This document shows, piece by piece, positions 43,735 to 64,000 of a DNA stretch of 64,000 nt. A program made the translations under genes and the position numbers. Source of the stretch: Eledone cirrhosa. Its lineage: Eukaryota. The stretch covers positions 134,726,001-134,790,000 of the forward strand of contig OZ024741.1 in NCBI GenBank assembly GCA_964016885.1, in the 5' to 3' direction. Numbering within the stretch: position 1 is the stretch's first letter; each line of letters begins with the position of its first letter. The notes under the pieces are model-generated. The model was given only the letters and a program-made list of their open reading frames with translations, was not told where the DNA came from and made no database searches.

Positions 43735-44018
43735 TCTATATACACTGGTCAAGACACACACACACTGACATATAGATATATATAAATATACACAGGTGTG
43801 TATGATTGTGTATAGAAGATTATGTTAATAAAAGGAATTCCAACTTTGTCTGATTTACTCGTTTTATTTACAATCCTTTAAAATTTATAATGATATTATA
43901 ATGAAATAGTATGTTAGAATATTAAATGTTAAGTGTTAATTGAACAAGTACTTTCATGCTTTCGCAATCTTCAGGTTCATATTCTGTGGTGACAGTCAAG
44001 TTTGCAACTTTCAACTGT

Positions 44019-44050
<32 letters not shown>

Positions 44051-45521
44051 ACACAATCAGCTCTCTCTCTCTTCCATTCTCCTTCTCTGTCTCATCTCCC
44101 TCTCTCTATGTCTCTCTTTAAATCTACTCTCTCACAACCACTGTCTCTTTCTCTCTAGCCTCCTCTCTGTGTTTATGAAGGTACCCAGAAAAACCCCATA
44201 ACTCAGGACCCGTCCTACGATTTACGCGAAACTTATTTTATTCCATTTGTATTCGCATTTCAGGGCCAATTTCCTTTCAAAGTATTTTCCCATTATGCGC
44301 CCTTTTGGCTGTGTTACATTACAGACAAGCAAGCAATCACAGAGTTTTAGTAGTATGTAGATAGATAGAAATTGGACCAGTTGGCATGAAAATAATTTAA
44401 CTGTAGCAGCCATTATCAATTTCATTTCTCTTCGCTGTTAGAGGAAGGGAAAGCACCGAAACATATTCAACACTGCCTGTCTAGTCAATATACCTCATGC
44501 ATCTGTGTTGATTTCTAGAAACAAGACATTCTATTGATAACAAAACAGATGATATAATCCTGCTGTTTACAAATATATTAATTAACAGCAGGAATAAATA
44601 AAACAAAAGGAATGGAACCTGGTTCCTTAAGATCTCAGCTTCCCTGTAGTGTTGGTTACATAGGACTATAGGGATGAATAATTAGTATTTTTACAGGAGG
44701 TGGGTTGAGAAATAAAAACGTAGAAAGAAGTGTCGTACTTCAATATTCTGAAATAAGGTTATGAGTTTCATTCCAGGACCCGATGGCACACTGTGTCCTT
44801 GAGCAAGACACTTTATTTCACATTACTCCAGTCTATTCAGCTGCTAAAAATGAGTTGCACCTGTAACTCAAGGGTCAGTCATGTCAGTCAGTATCGTACT
44901 GAATCTCCCTGAGAACTATGTTAAGGGAACATGTGTCTGTCAAATGTTAAGCTACTTAGACTCACGTCGAACCACTCTCAGTAGAATTTGAAGTCAGAAA
45001 TATTGATGTAGCTGGCTAGGAACTGTGGTATAAACATAGGTGGCTGAGCATTCTACAGGCATGTGTACCTTTAACATACTTCTTTGGGAGATTCAGCATA
45101 ACATACAGTGTGTGTCAAGGCTGGCCCTTTGAATTACAGCAACAGTTCACCTGATGGGTTTCCAGGCAGGTTCTATCTACCGAATTTCATTCACAAAACA
45201 TGGATCAACCTGAGGCTATGGTAAATGACACTTGTCCAAAATGTCAGGCAGTGGAGTTGAACTCTGAACCTAATGATTATAAGTGAACTTATTTACCATT
45301 TGTCATTGCTGCTGCATCCACTATTAGGAATTATAAACCGCGTGAAAATAGCTCTCAACCAGAGGTCTAGTGAGGTTGTGAACCATAACTCCTAAAATCA
45401 CGGAACAATCGACAGATCGGTCGTGTAGACTAATAACAGAAAATGAGGATGTGAGGAGGAGAAAGAGGGGAGTAGAAAATAGAGTGAGAAGAGAAAAAGA
45501 GTCGAAGAAGGAGGATACTGC

Positions 45522-45561
45522 TATAAAAGATCACGCAAGGCTTGTGGCTCCTAGTTCAGTC
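45522..45561 (+). promoter_or_regulatory. TATA box (TATAAAA) and Inr-like CTAGTTCAGTC of G4
   Basis: TATAAAA at 45522-45528 with an Inr-like motif ~30-36 nt downstream. Confidence 0.6.
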
Positions 45562-45700
45562 GCTCTGCGATCTCACGTAGGAGTCATCACATCCAAGTGA
45601 GTCTGGCTAATCGGCTCAAGTTTCCTACCGTATTACCTAAAACCACAGAAGAAATTCACTTCTTTCTTGAACACTCAAAAATATTATCAAATCTTTAATA

Positions 45701-49155
<3,455 letters not shown>

Positions 49156-49873
49156 ATTTCCTGAATTAATTAAAATGTAACAAGGTTTTGAAATAAATTT
49201 TGAAGTTAATCTATATTTTGTTCTATTTTTTTTTAATTTCCTAATAATGTAATGATCTGATGGTTACTTTTGTGGTGTGGTGGTTGTAGGTAGGGTTATG
49301 GAGTATGTGTGCTGGGGTTTCTTGCCTATTTTATTGAGGTACTTTTCTACATTCCCTCATATAGTCCTTATGACAGGTGTGCGTATAGGGGATGGGGTTA
49401 TTTACTTAGACCATAGATCGGGTTTAATTGCTTTCACCAAAGTGAACTACTTTAACAGCAGTCCAGATGTTGGTGTTAAGAAGCTGTCCAACAGATATAC
49501 TCACCTACCCACTACAATGATCTGTTCTGAACAAGACCCACATATATGAATGTCCGCTTTCTCTCTCGGTCCTTTTTTTCCTTTTCTCTTTCTTTTACTC
49601 AAATATTGGAACCATATAGCATTTTTTTCTCAATTGCCTACTCAGCAAAAGCAATGTCCGTGCTACTTTTTAAGTCACCAAGAAAGGTGTGCGTGTAGAG
49701 TTGGTTCTTTCCTTAGACCATAGAACGGGTCTAAGTGCTTTAAAAAAAGTGAACATTCACAGTAGCCCCTACTCCAGCTGTTGGTGTTAAGCTGAAATAA
49801 AATAACTTTAAAGTGAAGCGCTTAACTAAACGCCCATGTTTTCACCAACTAGCTTTTCATGTTTTCTTTTTTC

Positions 49874-49904
<31 letters not shown>

Positions 49905-51533
49905 ATGAATGCATTATTCTTTTGAAATATGGCACGTGGCTAGCAAAGATGATTAAATAATTCCTAATACTTGACTTTGTGTGCTCGTCATTAGGGAGTT
50001 GGATCATAACTTTGTGGGTTCGGTTCTGGTGTTCTTGAGCAAAGATCATAATGTAGATTCGATTCCTGAACTAGGTAGCGTGTTCTTGAGTAAAACACTT
50101 CATTTTATGTTGTTACAGTATATTCTCAGCTGAAAATGAGTGCCAGCTGTAACTGAGAGTTTAACCTTGCGATCGACTTGTGTTCTGTTCAGAGGAAAGT
50201 TTTATATTGTCAGTCACTTAACGTCAAGGAAATATAAAATTGGAAGTGAAAGATTTTAATCTGTATTTTCTTGCTCAATTCCTAGAAGCGACTGGAATAA
50301 AAGTGATATTGGTAAATTAATCTTTAAGCCAATAATTATTTGGTTTGGTCGGCATATAGTTATGACTACAACAATAACATTAACCATCACAACTATAACC
50401 ACAATTACAGCAACAACTACAACAAACATTTGAATTCAGAACGTAATGGGCCATGACTATATGCCGACCACACTAATTAATAATTGGTTTAAATATTAAT
50501 TTACCAATATCACTTTTATTCCAGTCGCTTCTAGGAACGTTCAAGAAAATACAGATTAAAATCTTTCACTTCCCATTTTATGTTTCCTTGACGTTAAGTG
50601 ACTGACAATATAAAACTTTCCTCTGGACAGGACACCAGTCGATCGCAAGGTTAAACTCTGAGATACAGCTGGCACTCATTTTCAGCTGAGAATATACTGG
50701 AACACAAAAATTGAACCCACAACACTATGGTCTTAATTCCAACACCCTAACCACGAAGCCACGTTACTCAAGTACAGGGATTTACTCAACAATCTTAGCT
50801 AGCCATGTGCCATATTTAAAAACAATATTTCATTCATTTAAAGAAAGACATCTGTTGTTAATTGGTGGAAATAAGGGTATGTAGTTAAGATCTTTATTTA
50901 CAGCTATGTTATTTCTGGTTGATTCCATTGCATAACACCCTAGATGTTTTACACTATAGCTCCAGACCAGATGATTTCTCCACAACATTTGGTAGACAGC
51001 AACTGTGCAGAAGCCTGCTGCTGGGGCCATTCTTTTTCTTGGGTAAGTGAGTGTATATCTGATGGCCTGCCTCACACCAGCATCTGGATTTGGACCGCTG
51101 TTAAAGTTGTTCACTTTGTTGAAAGCACTTAGGCCCATTCTATGGTCTAAGGAAAGAAACTCCCTACCCGAACACATGTCTTAGGAACTTGAAAAGGGGC
51201 ACGGACATTCTTATTTGGATGAAGCCCCTGAGGACAACTGCAATATGGTTCCAAGAGATGAGTTAAAAAAAAAGAGAGAAAGTAGACATTCGTATATGTG
51301 AGGCTTAATCAGAACAGATCATTGTAGTTGTGGCAGGAAAGATGAGGGAACGTACATGAATAAAATAGGCCAGTGATCCCAAGCACACATTCTCCTTAGC
51401 ACCCTTACATAGAACCACCACACCACCAAAGTAACCATCAGACCATTACATGTATTGGGAAAAATAACAAAGAATAAAAAAGAACAAAACAATTATTTCA
51501 AAACATTGTTACATTTTAATTCATTCAGGAAAT

Positions 51534-57635
<6,102 letters not shown>

Positions 57636-58473
57636 GTTTTGAGTTTCATTCCCGGACCCGATGGCACACTGTGTCCTTGAGCAAGACACTTTTTTTCTCA
57701 TTATTCCAGTCTATTCAGCTGCTAAAAATGAGTTGTACCTGTAACTCAAGGGTCAGTCATGTCAGTCAGTATCGTACTGAATCTCCCTGAGAACTATGTT
57801 AAGGGAACATGTGTCTGTCAAATGCTAAGCCACTTAGACTCAAGTCGAACCACTCTCAGTAGAGTTTGAAGTCAGAAACATTGATGTAGCTGGCTAGGAA
57901 CTGTGGTATAAACATAGGTGGCTGAGCATTCCACTGGCATGTGTGTCTTTAACATAACTCTCTGGGGGATTCAGCATAACATACAGTGTGTGTGTCAAGG
58001 CTGGCCCTTTGAATTACAGCAACAGTTCATCAGATGGGTTTCCATTCACAAAACATGGATCAACCTGAGGCTATGGTAAATGACACTTGTCCAAAATGTC
58101 AGGCAGTGGAGTTGAACTCTGAACCTAATGATTATAAGTGAACTTCTTAACCATTTGTCATTGCTGCTGCATCCACTGTTAGGAATTATAAACCGCGTGA
58201 AAATAGCTCTCAACCAGAGGTCATGTAGGCTAATAAGAGAAAAGTAGGAAGAGAGGAGGAGAAAGAGGGTGTAGAAAATAGAGTGAGAAGAGAAAAAGAG
58301 GGAGATGTTAAGAGACAAAGAAAGAGGATACCGCTATACAAGACCACGCAGTAATCGTTGCTCTTTATTCAGTCTGTCTATTCGGCTCAAGTTTCCTCCC
58401 GTATTTCCTAAAACCACAGAAGAAATTCACTTCTTTGTTTTGAACACTCAAAAATACTATCAAATCTTTAACA

Positions 58474-62868
<4,395 letters not shown>

Positions 62869-63174
62869 ATTTCCACAATTAATTAATTAAAATGTAACAA
62901 GGTTTTGAAATAAATTTTATCCCATTTGTAAAATAAGTTGGATTACTTTGAATAAATAATGAATGAATATTACATAATTTATCTACTCAATTTCGTAAAT
63001 AAAAATAATTTCGTAAAAATAAATAATTTAAAATTGACTTTTCAAAGTTTCACTTCTGTTATATCATCGACACCACAGCCACTTCAACTACCATATATAT
63101 AGAAAGAGAGAGTGTGTGTGATGTCAACACTTCCGGTGGCGATCACATAAATAAACATACTAATTTTCTCCTAA

Positions 63175-64000
63175 TGCATCATCATCATCATCGTTTAACG
63201 TCCGTGTTCCATGCTTGCATGGGTTTGGACGGGAGTTTTCCCAATTGAGGCAAGAGTGATTGTCTTGCTCGCATAGGACTGTCTGGCGGGTTTTCTACAG
63301 TTGGATGCCCTTCCTAACACCAACCACATTTACAGTGTGGGGCTGGGAGGTTTTTACCGTATTGCCTACACGGCCACATTACAGCGTGGACTGTCTTGGC
63401 AGGTTTTCTACAGCTGGATGCCCTTCCTAACACCAACCACATTTACAGTGTGGGACTGGGACGTTTTTACCGTGTTGCCTACACGGTCACGTTATAGCGT
63501 GGACAGTGTTTTTTTTTCGTAACACCTACACGATCTCATTTGTTTCGGCCTGGATTTTGTGGCACCAACATAACTTTACATTGAAAGGGGCGGTGTGGAT
63601 GGGGTGGGGGTGGTGGGACGGGGGGTGTATTTTGTTAGAGATGCCTACTGACTGTAGTAGGTTTTACTTTGTATTTAGGTAACGCAGGACTTCTCTATTA
63701 CTGAGTACCGCCAAAGGTCTCGGTCCAGTGACATTGTCTTGGAGAGGTGTAAGTGTGTGAGGTCGGAATTTATCAGCTCGTCCCAGGTTTTTCTGGGTCT
63801 GCCTACTCCGTGGCTACCATCTATCTTTATTGCCCTGCACTTTGTTATACAGCTGTCGTCTATCATGCGCATCACGTGACCATACCAACGTAGCCTTCTC
63901 TCGAGTAAACATCTGATCCCTCTTATTTCTAATTTTTTCCTTAGTTCGTTTATGCTTTGCCGTTCGCGTATATTACTATTACACATCCAGCGGAGCATGC
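63175..64000 (-). mobile_element. 3' end of the same RTE-like LINE within the segmental duplicate
   Basis: Near-identical to ~10373-11194. Confidence 0.9.

Overview
AT-rich eukaryotic genomic DNA with spliceosomal introns, microsatellites and SINE/LINE/DNA transposons. The SINE families resemble those of octopods, which is an inference only. The window is an alpha-tubulin gene/pseudogene array. Three copies look intact (G1 5600-10065, G4 45701-49155, G1' 58474-62868). All three are on the + strand with 3 exons: an ATG-only exon 1, a 223-nt exon 2 and a large exon 3. Two further + copies are broken (26787-30106, 31821-35711). At least six promoter-less, exon-1-less pseudogene copies lie on the - strand, tail-to-tail or head-to-head with the + genes, so much of the locus is long imperfect palindrome. 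Positions 1-11194 recur at near identity at 52876-64000 (about 52.8-kb period). Mobile elements include an RTE-type LINE with an inverted 5' end, an RTE-type LINE with a PHD-like finger inside its RT region, a Chapaev3-like transposase remnant, and a hAT-type element. The hAT element contains a Penelope element with a hammerhead-like motif and nested Helitrons. A repeated multi-stem element of about 140 nt lies downstream of most tubulin copies. All alignments and folds were done by eye, so element boundaries are approximate.
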